NCBI GenBank assembly: GCA_002269645.1
Contig: NIVC01004512.1
Span: 1 to 43,577, forward strand
Length of the DNA: 43,577 nt
Source: Macrostomum lignano
Lineage: Eukaryota
Direction of reading: 5' to 3'
Shown: one piece after another, positions 1 through 12,010 of the stretch
How the letters are laid out: each line of letters opens with the position of its first letter
How positions within the stretch are numbered: the stretch's first letter is position 1
Position numbers and translations under genes: made by a program
Notes under the pieces: generated by a model
Databases searched by the model: none
What the model saw: the letters and a program-made list of their open reading frames with translations, nothing else
What the model was told of the DNA's origin: nothing

Positions 1-230
1 CCAATCATTCTAAAAATCAATGTACACACGCGCCCAACCCCAATCATTCTAAAATTCAATGTACACAGCGCCCAACCCCAATCATTCTAAATTCAATGTA
101 CACACGCGCCCCAACCCAATCATTCTAAAATTCAATGTACACACGCCCCAACCCCAATCATTCTAAAATTCAATGTACACACGCGCTTCAACCCCAATCT
201 TTCATTAGGACTATGTACACACGCTCCCCA
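1..230. repeat. Minisatellite, about 39-41-bp unit (AATGTACACACGCGCCCCAACCCCAATCATTC...), left part
   Basis: Tandem units are visible; the array resumes after the SINE. Confidence 0.9.
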
Positions 231-597
231 TTTTTTATTAGAGGCAGGGGGGTTGTGTGCACCCTTGCGCACTTTAAGCGACATAGGCACACAACCGGCG
301 AGAGGCATTACTGCCCATTCCGCCAACTTCCCCTGAGCAGGCACACAAGCGCGCGGATACGTACGCAGGCACACACTCACACAGGAGTGTACAGCGGCCC
401 TAACTTTATTTTATCGTTAGGCATGTACACTTCACTGCGCCTTGGGGGGTAGGCTCTCAAGGCCGTTAATTGAACGAGCAGAGCCAAGCCGAGATTCCAA
501 TTCAGCCCCAAATTAATGTGACTGCACTTGGAATCGAGCCTGGGCCGCTGGCACACCAGAGCCTGCGCTAGACCGCTGGGCTACGGCCCCCCCCCCC
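231..597 (-). mobile_element. tRNA-derived SINE, about 367 bp, inserted in an intronic minisatellite
   Basis: On the minus strand it begins with a G-run then CCGTAGCCCAGCGGTCTAGCGC (A box TAGCCCAGCGG) and GGCTCGATTCC (B-box-like). It ends ...CCTCTAATAAAAAA. Flanked by a 12-bp duplication with one mismatch: ACACGCTCCCCA (219-230) and ACACGCGCCCCA (598-609). Confidence 0.75.
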
Positions 598-850
598 ACA
601 CGCGCCCCAACTCCAATCCTTCATTAGGACAATGTACACACGCGCCCCAACCCCAATCATTCATTAGGACAATGTACACACGCGCCCCAACCCTATCATT
701 CAATAGGACAATGTACGCACGCACCCCAACTCCAATCATTCATTAGGACAATGTACGCACGCACCCCAACTCCAATCATTCAATATGACAATGTACACAC
801 GCGCCCAACCCCAATCATTCAATAGGACAATGTACGCACGCACCCAAACC
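598..850. repeat. Same ~40-bp minisatellite, right part
   Basis: Units such as CAATGTACACACGCGCCCCAACCCCAATCATTCATTAGGA. Confidence 0.9.
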
Positions 851-866
851 GTTGTAGGAGACTTAC

Positions 867-3800
867 TTCAGCGAATTTTCAACCGCCACGACAAGCGCAT
901 TGCTGACGCTGTCAATGCAGACACACTGCACCGGACCCCCAGCGTTTAAGGACAAATGCAGTCGTTCACGCCGCCGGAATCCTTAAAAATGAATTGATTT
1001 GCATTCTAGCCTACTTTCAGTATCGAAAACTGCATGTTTGCTACTTATTTAATATTCTCAGAAAATAGTCGAAAGTCAAAGTGCTGAAAAAATGAAACAA
1101 TAACATGAAATAATAAAAGCAAAAATAATGACTACGAGCTCAAATTTAAGGCTTGAGAAAGCTTAAATGAGAGTGCTCATCAACAAATGTAACATGAAGC
1201 ATGAAGCACCTAGGAACTACATATAAGTGTTCTGATTAAATACGTTTGTGATACACGACGTGCGATGATAAAACAACGCTTGCCTCCAATGTCGAATCGT
1301 CGGAAAGTCTCTGTTTTTATATAAATTGAGCCAGTTATTGATTTAATATTTATTATTTACTACTAACAAAAAGTAGCTGAAAAATCCTCACCCAGAGCTT
1401 GATCGACCGATCCTCCGACGCGGTCACCCAGCAGTTCTTCTTGGCCCACCATTTAACACAGTTGACATCCGCTGTGTGACCCTGCAGAGTTCCGAGGAGC
1501 ACCAACTGGGAGCCGACCGGGCTGAAGCGACGGATGTACACCAGATTGTCGGCACTGCTCAGCGCCAACTCGTTTCTAGAAAAAAATCGGGAACTTAGAT
1601 TAAATTCTGGCAAAGTGTACATGCAAACTTGTCCACCTCACTCCGAGAACCATAAGCTACAGCGATGGCTCTGTACGCAAGAGACGACCCCATCCATAGG
1701 CTAGCAATGTACACACGCGACACCCACCTTACTCCGAGAACCATAGACTACTACAGCGATGGCTCTGTACGCAAGAGACCACCCCCATCCATAGGCTAGC
1801 AATGTTCGCACGCGACAGCCACCTCACTCCGGGAACCATAGACTACTACAGCGATGGCTCTGTACGCAAGAGACCACCACCATAGGCTAGCAATACACGC
1901 GACACCACCTCACTGCGAGAACTATGAACTACAAACCGTACACTAAAAACAGTCAGCTAACCTTTCCGGAGAGTAGCACATGTCCAAGATGGCATCATCC
2001 GCCGCCAACTCTCGCTCCTCCCACAGCTTCGAATCCACGTTTCGAAAGACGTCTACCAGGCTTAAAAAAGTGTTTAAACGAAGTAAGTATAGATAATTTT
2101 TTAAAGATTCGAATGCTAAAAATTACTGAATATCAGCATCATATACTTACTCTCCAGTCTCCAGATTCCAAATGCAGATCCTCTGATCCCAGCCGGATGT
2201 GACCAGATATAGACAGGAATTTTCGTCCCGCTTAGGGATGATGGCGAAACATGTGACTACTCCGTTGTGCTCGACCAGCACGTGGCGACACTTGTAGCCG
2301 GCCACTCGCTTCGTCACCTGGTCGTCCATCTGAGAAAATGAAATGAAGCTCAAAGTAAAACTCAAAACCAAACCGACTGCATCCAACAAAAAGAAAATGT
2401 TTTCTTTTTGCTTGTCAAATTTTTAGTGCCATAATTTGGCAATTCAGCTCACCTCGCTTGTCGATTCAATGGAGGCCGCGTCGCTATTCGAACTGTCTTT
2501 GTAGCTGGCCTCCTCGGGCGCCATGCTCACAAGCACGCCGAATGCTTTCTCGTCGAATCCAATCACGTCTGGAAAAATTTTAAAGATTGAAATATCGTCT
2601 CTGAATATTTTAGCGGGCCTTGGTGATGTCTTCAGTCAGGAAAAATTTCTTTGCCCGCCATGCAAATTTTTCGTGTCACATTCGATAATTTCTACTTGTC
2701 AGTAGACGAACCCGAAATTAATTAGTGTGAAAAAATTTTAAAAGCACTCTGAAACTCACAGACATTGGAGTCTTCGCATGCCGCTACCAGGACGTCGAGT
2801 TCTTCAACAAATTCGAGCTTTCGAAAGCCCATGGAGTGAACATTTTTCTTCTTCTCCTAGAGGGAATGAGGAATTTCAAAATCTACAGCTACCCAATCTG
2901 ATCTACAGCTACCCAATCTGATCTACAGCTACCCAAGACATCTACAGCTACCCAATCTGATCTACAGCTACCCAATCTGGTCTATAGCTACCCAATCTGA
3001 TCTACAGCTACCCAATCTGGTCTACAGCTACCCAATCTGATCTACAGCTACCCAATCTGATCTACAGCTACCCAAGACATCTACAGCTACCCAATCTGAT
3101 CTACAGCTACCCAATCTGGTCTATAGCTACCCAACCTGATCTACCGCTACCCAATCTGATCTACAGCTACCCAACCAGATCTACAGCTACCCAATCTGAT
3201 CTACAGCTACCCAATCTGATCTACAGCTACCCAAGACATCTACAGCTACCCAATCTGATCTACAGCTACCCAATCTGGTCTATAGCTACCCAATCTGATC
3301 TACAGCTACCCAATCTGGTCTACAGCTACCCAATCTGATCTACAGCTACCCAAGACATCTACAGCTACCCAATCTGATCTACAGCTACCCAAGACATCTA
3401 CAGCTACCCAATCTGATCTACAGCTACCCAATCTGGTCTATAGCTACCCAACCTGATCTACCGCTACCCAATCTGATCTACAGCTACCCAACCAGATCTA
3501 CAGCTACCCAATCTGATCTACAGCTACCCAATCTGATCTACAGCTACCCAAGACATCTGCAGCTACCCAATCTGATCTACAGCTACCCAATCTGATCTAC
3601 AGCTACCCAATCTGGTCTACAGCTACCCAACCTGATCTACCGCTACCCAATCTGATCTACAGCTACCCAATCTGATCTACAGCTACCCAATACAAACTAC
3701 AGCTACCCAATACAATCTACAGCCACCCAAGACAATCTACTACAGCTACCCAATACAAACTACAGCTACCCAATACAATCTACAGCTACCCAATACAATC

Positions 3801-6800
3801 TACAGCTACCCAATACAATCTACAGCTACCCAATACAATCTACAGCTACCCAATACAATCTACAGCTACCCAATACAAACTACAGCTACCCAATACAAAC
3901 TACAGCTACCCAATACAATCTACAGCTACCCAATACAATCTACAGCTACCCAATACAATCTACAGCTACCCAATACAATCTACAGCTACCCAAGACAATC
4001 TACAGCTACCCAATACAATCTACAGCTGCCCAATACAGTCTACAGCTACCCAATACAATCTACAGCTACCCAATACAATCTACAGCTACCCAATACAATC
4101 CAACCAGCTAGCTCAATCCAATCTAGTCACTGAATTTGCGTATCAAGTTGAAATTTTAAAGTGCAAGCAAACTTCTCTCCATCAGCTTCAATTGCCTTTT
4201 ACTAAAGATTCAGTTTGACTCACCTGGCCATCCTTCTTTGCTCGCTTGCCTTCTCTCTTTTGTTCTTGAAGAAGTCTAAAAGTATTAAGCTTCATATAGT
4301 CGCAAGAAACTACTTGGAGTAGTGTTATAAAAGAGTTTTTACAAAATAATTTTTGTTCCAACTCACTGCTGAGGACTTTTCTTTAGCTGGGCCATTCGCC
4401 TGCGGGCAATCTTCTTTTGCAGCATCTTCTCCATCGATTCTGAAGCTCTTAAAGACTCCTTGCTGGAGAAGGAATTAGCGAATTTTGAGTAGCTTCATTC
4501 GCTGGTTGCAAAACAGCGTCATTTATTGTCTTAAGTTTTGAATTTAATAAATAGTTTGATATACTTTTCAAAATTTATTTTGTAGCAGATAAAGAAGTTT
4601 ACATATTACTTTCCAGCATTTAAAGGTTCATTACAAGCAATTAAAACAAGGAAAGAATTAATTCAGGACAGAGAGTTTCAATCAAGAATAGTTTCTATAA
4701 AAATTGAACAGAGGTTATTTTTTAACAGCTCGAAATGTTGTGATTTTCACCCAACAAACGGCCGTGATTGTTAAATTATTTGTTTAAATGCACATTGCCG
4801 GATTTGTTTTCAAATTAGCAAACCTTTTTTTCTAGGAAAGAGAAAATCATTTTTTCTGTTGGGATAAAAATGCAGTTGAAAAAAATTTGAACTGAATTTA
4901 TTGCAATTGAAAGAGCTCGTAGAATACTTAAAGGGTACACTACTAACTAGTAGGATTGTAAGTAGTACAGTCGTGCAAATTCTTTCTTTCGCGATGAATC
5001 ACGGTTGGAAAAATTAAGCGGTCTATGATTCACTTCTTAAACAGACTAGCTTTTAGTTCGAGCTAATTTCAAACTTTACCGAGTCTGCATGGCAAGTCCA
5101 ATTAATTTCGATTGCTGAGCAATCGCTGAGCTCCTTTTAAAAAACAGGTGCAAACAAGGAGATAAAAAACAATTGTATCTGCTGAAAATAACTTCAGCAA
5201 AGTATCATTGTGTGCAACAACCAATTTTCACGAGCAGTTCAGGAATTTATCATTTTAGAAAAAGTACGTGTGCTTACTGCTCATCTTTGTGTGCAATCGA
5301 AAGATCAATTAAATCAAAAAAGAAGACTTCAATAAAACAATAAAGAAGTTTCCTCTCGAAATAAAAAAATGGTATGGAGCAGTAAAAAATCATCAGACCT
5401 CCGCGAACTGTTCGTACAAATCCTGCAGGAGTCCGCTAAAAACAATAAAATCAAGTTGAATAGAAATGGCAAACTGGCTAATGTGTGGACCTCGAAAATT
5501 TTTGTTCATAAATTTATCCTTTGGTAGATAGGCCGCGCATAAACATTAAGCTCACCCATCTCACGCCCCAGTCGGATAAGTACACACCGCCCACCTCACT
5601 CCCCCAGTCGGATAAGTACACACCCACCCACCTCACTCCCCCAGTCGGATAAGTGCACACCGCCCACCTCACTCCCCAGTCCTATAAGTGCACACCGCCC
5701 ACCTCACTCCCCAGTTGGATAAGTACACACCCATCCACCTCACTCCCCCAGTTGGATAAGTACACACCCACCCACCCCACTCCCCCAGTCGGATAAGCAC
5801 ACACCGCCCACCTCACTCCCCAGTCCGATAAGCACACACTCCCTACACACCACCCAGCATACCTGAAAGCGAAGGCGTTGGTCTGTTTCCGCTCCCATTT
5901 GACAATGTCGCCCTGCTGATCAGTTGAGAAAATCAAAATCGGCGCTTTATTGGCTGAAAAATACAAAAAAATCAAGCAAAGATCAGTTTGTTGGAATCCA
6001 TTGCTCTCTATCAATTACTCATATATCAAGTCAGAATTCTCACTATATGTCAGGCAGTCGATTGGGGTCTCGGTAAAGAAGGTGGTAACGCAACCGCTTT
6101 GGGAATATTTCCACACAACCAGATTTCGGCGATTAGTTGATCCTGAAACCAATCGGATAAAAATGGGCAAGTTTTTAGGCAAGGTTATACATTAGTGCGG
6201 AGAGAGACAGGGAGAGAGACAGGGAGAGAGACAGGGAGAGAGACTGGGAGAGAGACAGGAAGAGAGGCAGGGAGAGAGACTGGGAGAGAGACTGGGAGAG
6301 AGACAGGGAGAAAGAGAGGGAGAGAGACAGGGAGAGAGGCTGGGAGAGAGACAGGGAGAGAGACATAGAAAAAGAGAGGGAGAGAGACAGGGAGAGAGAC
6401 AGGGAGAGAGACAGGGAGAGAGACATGGAAAAAGAGAGGGAGAGAGACAGGGAGAGAGGCTGGGAGAGAGAGACAGGGAGAGAGACAGGGAGAGAGACAG
6501 GGAGAGAGACAGGGAGAGAGACTGGGAGAGAGACAGGGAGAGAGACAGGGAGAGAGACAGGGAGAGAGACGGGGAGAGAGACAGGAAGAGAGGCAGGGAG
6601 AGAGACGGGGAGAGAGACAGGGAGAGAGACAGGGAGAGAGACAGGGAGAGAGACAGGGAGGCAGGGAAAGAGGCAGGGAAAGAGGCAGGGAGAGAGGCAG
6701 ATAGAGATTCGGGGCAGTCAGAGAAGCAGCTCACCGAACACCAGGTGCTGGTCAGCCGAGTAGGCCAGCAGCTGCAGTGTGTACTTCCTAGCTGTCTCAA

Positions 6801-8405
6801 CTTCATCGTCTTCCTTGGCCAGAAAAGTATCGCAAAATTCGGACACATTCTCTCCGGATTTTGGCTCGTAAATAAAAGCAAAGTGGTAACCAGCCGCCAC
6901 CCAGATTGTCTTGTTGCGGGCAATGAAACAGATGCCTGTAGTGCAGCGATTGGCAGCGTTTCATGATTTTGTATTTAATTTTTTAAAGTACGCATCCAAC
7001 CACCCCACTCCCCCTATCAGATAAGTACGCACCCACCCACCCCACTCCCCAGCCAGATAAGTACGCACCCACCCACCCCACTCCCCTGCCAGATAAGTGC
7101 CCACCCGCCCACCTCACTGACCATAATCAAATAAGCAAACCATCTCACCAGTCACGGGGCTTGCAAAGTCGTCCAGCCTGTGCACCAGTTTGCCATCAGT
7201 TGTCCAAACTTTCACGCACTTGTCGAAGGCGCTAGTGATCAGCCAGCTGTTGTGCTCGGCGTCCTGCGCCACTATCAGATTGTTGAGGCCGGCCTCGTGC
7301 GCGCGGCGAACGCTGATGGGCGTCATCTCTCGGACCCCGTGATATCCGGACTCGTAGATAATCAATCGCTGATCAAATCCGCCGCTAAACACGCGCGAAT
7401 CAAAATAGGCGAGGCATTTCACAATGTCCGTGTGCTCGGTCGCCTTGATGAAGTCGTGCGGATCGATGTAGTGTCGGCGCAACTTGTCTGTGGGGAGTTT
7501 GAGCACAGTTATCGAGATTTATTAGTTAGTCACACGCTCGCACAGGGGTTGACCCCAACTCTGACACCAACATTAGAAAGCCAGGACTCACATTTGTCCA
7601 GCTCGTAGAGATTGATGCCAGTGCTGGTGCCGCAGACCAGCTGGCTTTTTCTAATGTTCACCGCCATTGAGTAAATTGCCTCCTCTGTCTGCAGAAGAAA
7701 GTCGAACATTTTAAGTGCACTCTAGAGATAGAAAGATAATATAATAAAGAGCTTGAGCATACATGCACAATGTCCACCAGAGAGTTCCCAGACCAGAACA
7801 TGATGACGCCATCCTGACCAGCTGTGATGAATGTTTTGATTTCTGGCCTAAAAGAGTGTTTTAAGATATTGTTAAGCAACATTAAAACTTTATGAATAAA
7901 AAATTCCAAAAATTGTGGTAAATACCTTACCAGTAAACAATACTTGTAACCCATCCTTGGTGCCCGGGGCTCAAGTGCTGAACAAACTTGCAGGGATCGG
8001 CTTCCCATACTTTCAATGTGCCATCTGTAAGTACCGAAATTTAGCACGCCTTTTGGAAATTTTTAAATAAATTTAGCTTTAGAAAAGCAAAAATTCAATT
8101 TATGTCATTCACGCTACATGTTGTATGCAATATTGAATAATGGACTATTTACATAACACAGAAACAATAATAGCAAAATTAAACAAAATTTGGCAATGGC
8201 CAGCTAGAAATATAAAAAGCTTACATATATAAGTAAGTCAAACGTGATACCATTTAGATATATTTTCGGAAGGCTGAACTGAAAAATAGAAGAACGAATT
8301 ACCTTCGAAACCAAGAACTACTTCTCTTCTAGCTGGATTAAAACCTATCGCAGTAATATTTCGACTGTGAGTATCCTTAATTGTGTATGCATGTCTAACA
8401 GACAT
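867..8405 (-). CDS. Multi-exon WD40-repeat protein (about 680 aa in window; 3' end continues past the left edge)
   Basis: GT-AG exons in transcription order: 8405-8303, 8024-7931, 7847-7763, 7688-7592, 7487-7149, 6935-6735, 6142-6044, 5953-5863, 4462-4367, 4275-4224, 2856-2760, 2568-2453, 2329-2151, 2060-1962, 1575-1392, 981-867. Phases are consistent through 1392. WD repeats include GFEDGTLKVWE, GHQGWVTSIVYW, FITAGQDGVIMFW, FSGGFDQRLIIY, ITSAFDKCVKVW, LVTSGWDQRICIW and GHTADVNCVKWW...TASEDRSIKLW. The last exon needs a 1-nt correction (see findings). The ATG at 8405 may not be the first exon. Confidence 0.9.
1633..1922. repeat. About 90-bp tandem repeat, ~3.2 copies, in a WD40 intron
   Basis: CCACCT(C/T)ACTCCG recurs near 1633, 1724, 1819 and 1905, followed by CTACAGCGATGGCTCTGTACGCAAGAGAC. 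Confidence 0.85.
2881..4100. repeat. 20-bp minisatellite (TCTACAGCTACCCAATCTGA, shifting to ...AATACAA)
   Basis: About 60 tandem units; the variant type changes near 3690. Confidence 0.95.
5555..5845. repeat. About 38-bp minisatellite (CACCTCACTCCCCCAGTCGGATAAGTACACACCGCC)
   Basis: About 7 units just downstream of the donor at 5862 on the minus strand. Confidence 0.9.
6197..6705. repeat. 12-bp GA-rich minisatellite (GGGAGAGAGACA)
   Basis: Tandem units; source of the SLSLS/RETG pseudo-ORFs. Confidence 0.95.
6990..7118. repeat. Second array of the ~38-bp CCACCCCACTCCCC..GATAAGTAC family
   Basis: About 3 units similar to 5555-5845, again just after a minus-strand donor (7148). Confidence 0.8.
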
Positions 8406-8784
8406 TGTGAAAAGTGGTATTTTTATCAAATAAAAATCCGGTTGAATTGTGTAAATTCCCTTACTTTTTGAATAACAAAATCAGCCCTTGTTTCTATTGT
8501 AAACTTAATAAGCATTTAAACAAAATCAAGCTGCATAAGCACAACAGTTTGAAAAATGAAAAAAGTGAGCAGTTTAAAAATAAAAAAAAGTTTCTTTCCC
8601 TCTGCGTTTTATGTTCAAAATCTTTAGTCAATTTATGAAGAGCCAACACATCCCCATGCCAACAAGAAGAGCAATCTTTCAATACTTGAAAGCCCTCCAA
8701 AAAACCTGTTTCCGTCGAATGCATGTGTCTCCTTGATACATTTTTGAGCCAGACGAGACATTAACTATCAAAAACTTTCGAATC
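8406..8784. promoter_or_regulatory. Probable bidirectional promoter (379 bp between ATGs) with X-box-like motifs
   Basis: Divergent ATGs at 8405 (-) and 8785 (+). ATCCCCATGCCAAC (8650-8663) and GTCTCCTTGATAC (8727-8739) are imperfect matches to the RFX X-box GTNRCC-N0-3-RGYAAC. Confidence 0.45.
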
Positions 8785-11062
8785 ATGTCTACTGCTCACC
8801 GAGACCCTTATCCTTATCCTCGGTATGAGAGTGACCAGACTCTTGCAGGATTGAAACCAACGGAGGTACGTTCGAAACAATGCAATTGTTTTTACGAAGA
8901 GCTTGCGTGCACGGCAGCCGTTCACGTAAGCTCAGAATTGCGTGCACGGCGGCTATCTACCTAGTGCTTTATTTGCATGTATGCAGCCGTACACCTAGTG
9001 TTGTAATTGCGTGCACGGCAGCCGGCAATTGGCCGGGACTGGGGCCCTTAAATCCACGCATTGTCATTGGCAAACCTAATTAAAAAATATTTTTACTATA
9101 TTGTTTTATAATGTTTTATCCCCCGTACACCATGGACTGCAAATGTAATCTTAATTAATTGTTTTTTTGTTAACTTGAATATTAATTCGAATAGTATATG
9201 ACTTACTGTATAAGCCTATAAGATATAGCTCTGCCGTGCACGCAATTCTGAGCTTACGTGAACGGCGGCCGTGCACGCAAGCTCTTCGTTGTTTTTACTG
9301 CTAAGGGAAGCGGTTTACCTTTTATACATGTAGAATCTCTTCGATTCATTTAATTGTCTTACGACTATATGAGCTTTAACTGTTAAGTCTTGGCAACTAT
9401 AGATCAGTGCACTCTAAAATCAATATTTATGAAGCATGATACTAATACCAATATCCACTATAATAAAAATTCAATGGAAGGACAAACTAGACAAGAAAAT
9501 GTACTAAATCTTGCTAAATCTTAAATTTTAAGCTAAAATAAGACATTTTCAGTGAAAATTTGGCTGATTTTATCATTCTTCATTTGCTCAATTCATAAAT
9601 TCAATTGACTTTTGCCAGTCATTAAAAAGTTTTTTCTAAGAATTATTTTAGGTTTTCTATCTTTGATAGTTTTTATTTTTAATATTTTAAATTTCAACAG
9701 AAATTTAAATTTTCAAAAAGACTGGCGCAATTTTCAAAATTTTTCTTGGCAAAAATATCATAGCATAAACAATATTCGCTTATTTCACTGTCTCAACATG
9801 ATCTCAAACTCAATCTCACAACCCAACAGAAAGCCACCTACTCAAAGCCAACTCATCTGGCGCAGCAAGATGACCCGTGGAGCCGCCTGAACCTCAGCCA
9901 GACTCTGACCAGCACCCGCCACCAGGCATTCTATTACGATCCGCAGGCGCCAAACGACAGTCTGGACTTTGTTCTCAAGACCGAGTACGATCAGCACAGG
10001 GAGCTGTTCAAAGGCAAAAACCAGGTTCTGCTGCAGACCGAGACCTGCTCTGATGAGCACGGGTAAGTCATTTTTATTTTTTGACCAGATTTTTTGAATC
10101 TTTATTGCGCGAAAGGCCACAGAACTTACTAACAATGATATTTTTTAAAAAGACAATCAGGAAGAAAGGAAGAGGATCCGTGAGTTGCTGACGCGGTGAA
10201 ATATTTTTATTGCATTATTTACTCTTTCATTCGTTTATGAAGCTACACAATTATTGTGTGAAAGCTGATTCCGTTGTACGAGCTTCCAATTATGATTTCT
10301 ATCCAGCTATCACTTTCTCTCTGTTAATTTCATGCGCTTTGCTATCTTGCTTATCTATGTTGCACTACCCGATTTAGCTACTGAAAGTAATATTGCTGAA
10401 AATTTTGAGGCGATTGCCGCGAAGGACAGATTACTTTGATTTTTCGTTTTTTAAATTACACAAAGGTTCCTTTTATGCTCCTTTATATTACTTTCAGTCG
10501 AGTGCTCAAGAACAGGATCCGCCAGGTGCAGCAGGTGCCACCCAAGCTGGGACACCCGCTGCGCCAGTGGCAGCAACCGCGGCGTGAAGACGTCAACAGC
10601 ATCAAGAATGCCATCGGTGAGCATCTGTGGGCTGACTGGCCTAGAGAGAGAACTGAGGCTAACGATATGTATCGAAACTATACTTAACTTGTGTAGAATT
10701 CAAATAATGATCCAGAAGTTTGTTTCTTTCGAGAAAAAACTTCTGGGTAAGAAAAATTGAATATCTTTCAAGTAGAAAAGTATAGACAGGATCGATTCCC
10801 GATATGTATCGAAAACAAACTTTTGTGATGCCAGAAATTTAGGTACATTGTCAAGTTTTCTTGAATAAGAAATCATTTTTGGCTTTTCCTATTGCCACTG
10901 CTAGCTGAAAAGTCCAATGGAATCTAGATTAAAACTGTGTTACTTTTCTGCTACCGATATGTATCGAAACTCACAAAACTTTGCCTTGCAGAGGGCCACC
11001 ACACTCAGGCCACGAACCGGGGCTATTCCCGCAAGCCAGATGGCGGCCACTTCACTTCCTAA
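8785..11062 (+). CDS. CFAP276: Cilia- and flagella-associated protein 276 (C1orf194 homologue), 167 aa
   Basis: Exons 8785-8865, 9830-10062, 10498-10616 and 10992-11062 total 504 nt with consistent phases. Translation: MSTAHRDPYPYPRYESD...KPTHLAQQDDPWSRLN...FYYDPQAPNDSLDFVLKTEYDQH...EGHHTQATNRGYSRKPDGGHFTS*. This matches recalled C1orf194 motifs (PTHLAQQQEPWSRL, DLDFRL..LYNHH, TNGGYSRK.DGGFF). AATAAA at 11149-11154. Confidence 0.9.
8894..9289. mobile_element. MITE, 396 bp, about 65-70-bp TIRs, 7-bp TSD, in CFAP276 intron 1
   Basis: Left end ACGAAGAGCTTGCGTGCACGGCAGCCGTTCACGTAAGCTCAGAATTGCGTGCACGGC. The right end is its reverse complement with about 1 mismatch. TGTTTTT lies directly on both sides. 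Confidence 0.85.
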
Positions 11063-11569
11063 AAGAATTTGACGTCAATCAGGCTCGACTGAGCAGCACG
11101 ATTTTGAACTCTTTCAATATGAGAGCAGATACTTATACATAACTGCTAAATAAAATGTGGAAATATATTCATTTCGGGTCGCTTTTTCGCAGTTTATTTT
11201 GCGAGCGTTGTCGTATCTTTTGTTCACAATTATCCAATACGAGTACTGGATATAGGAAAAGTTTAGCAAGTCTGCTCAACTGTTTCCTTTTACAATTTTT
11301 TAACAAAAATTGCTGCTGATACCGTTTTATCTTTTATCTCTCATTAGTAGATCTTTGTTTGGTATGTAGTATACCTCGTTTGGTTGGAGATTTTCGAATA
11401 CATTGGGAATAAAAAGTGTGTGCTCGATTATTGGCTGCAGTCCTAATCACAATATACTAAATCTCTAAGGTCTGTCTTATTATTATGATTATTATGATTT
11501 TTATAATTAACTTTTGAGTGTTTTTTGAAGATTACACTGAATTTTTATTGAGCCCCCCTGATCTTAAGG

Positions 11570-12010
11570 ATCAGTGATTTGGGATGTGGGATTAGAGATT
11601 TGGGATTAGTAATTTGGGATTAATGGTTTGGGATTAGTAATTTGGGATCTGTGATTTAGAATTAGTGATTTGGGATTAGTGATGTGGAATTAGTGATTTG
11701 AGATCAGTGAGTTGGGATTAGTAATGTGGAATTAGTAAGTTGAGATCATTGATTTGGGATCAATGATTTGGGATCAATGATTTGGGATCAATTATTTTGG
11801 ATCAGTGATTTGGGATCAGTGATATGGTATTAGTAATATGGGATCAGTGATTTGGGATTAGTGATGTGGAATTAGTGATGTGGGATCAGTGATTTGGAAT
11901 CAGTGATTTAGGATTACTGATTTGGGATTTGTAATTTAGGATTAGTAACTTGGCATTAGTGATTTTGGATTAGTGATTTGGGATTATTAATTTCGGATCA
12001 GGATTCGGGA
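11570..12010. repeat. Degenerate 14-bp minisatellite (GATTTGGGATCAGT) between convergent CFAP276 and tetraspanin 3' ends
   Basis: Tandem units are visible. Confidence 0.9.

Noticed and set aside
519-590. Functional tRNA gene on the minus strand
   Set aside because: A and B boxes are present, but the acceptor and T stems do not pair. It is better explained as a SINE head.
5399-5435. 37-nt candidate WD40 exon (SGLLQDLYEQFAE) with AG/GT ends
   Set aside because: Including it shifts the downstream exons into a frame that stops in exon 2856-2760; skipping it keeps the frame open. At most a poison exon.
6175-6923. Long ORFs with SLSL/RETG repeats (also 12458-13347, 13910-14735, 15096-15833, 16026-16988, 20924-22028, 23772-24482)
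   Set aside because: They are translations of stop-free tandem repeats in introns; only the embedded true exons are coding.
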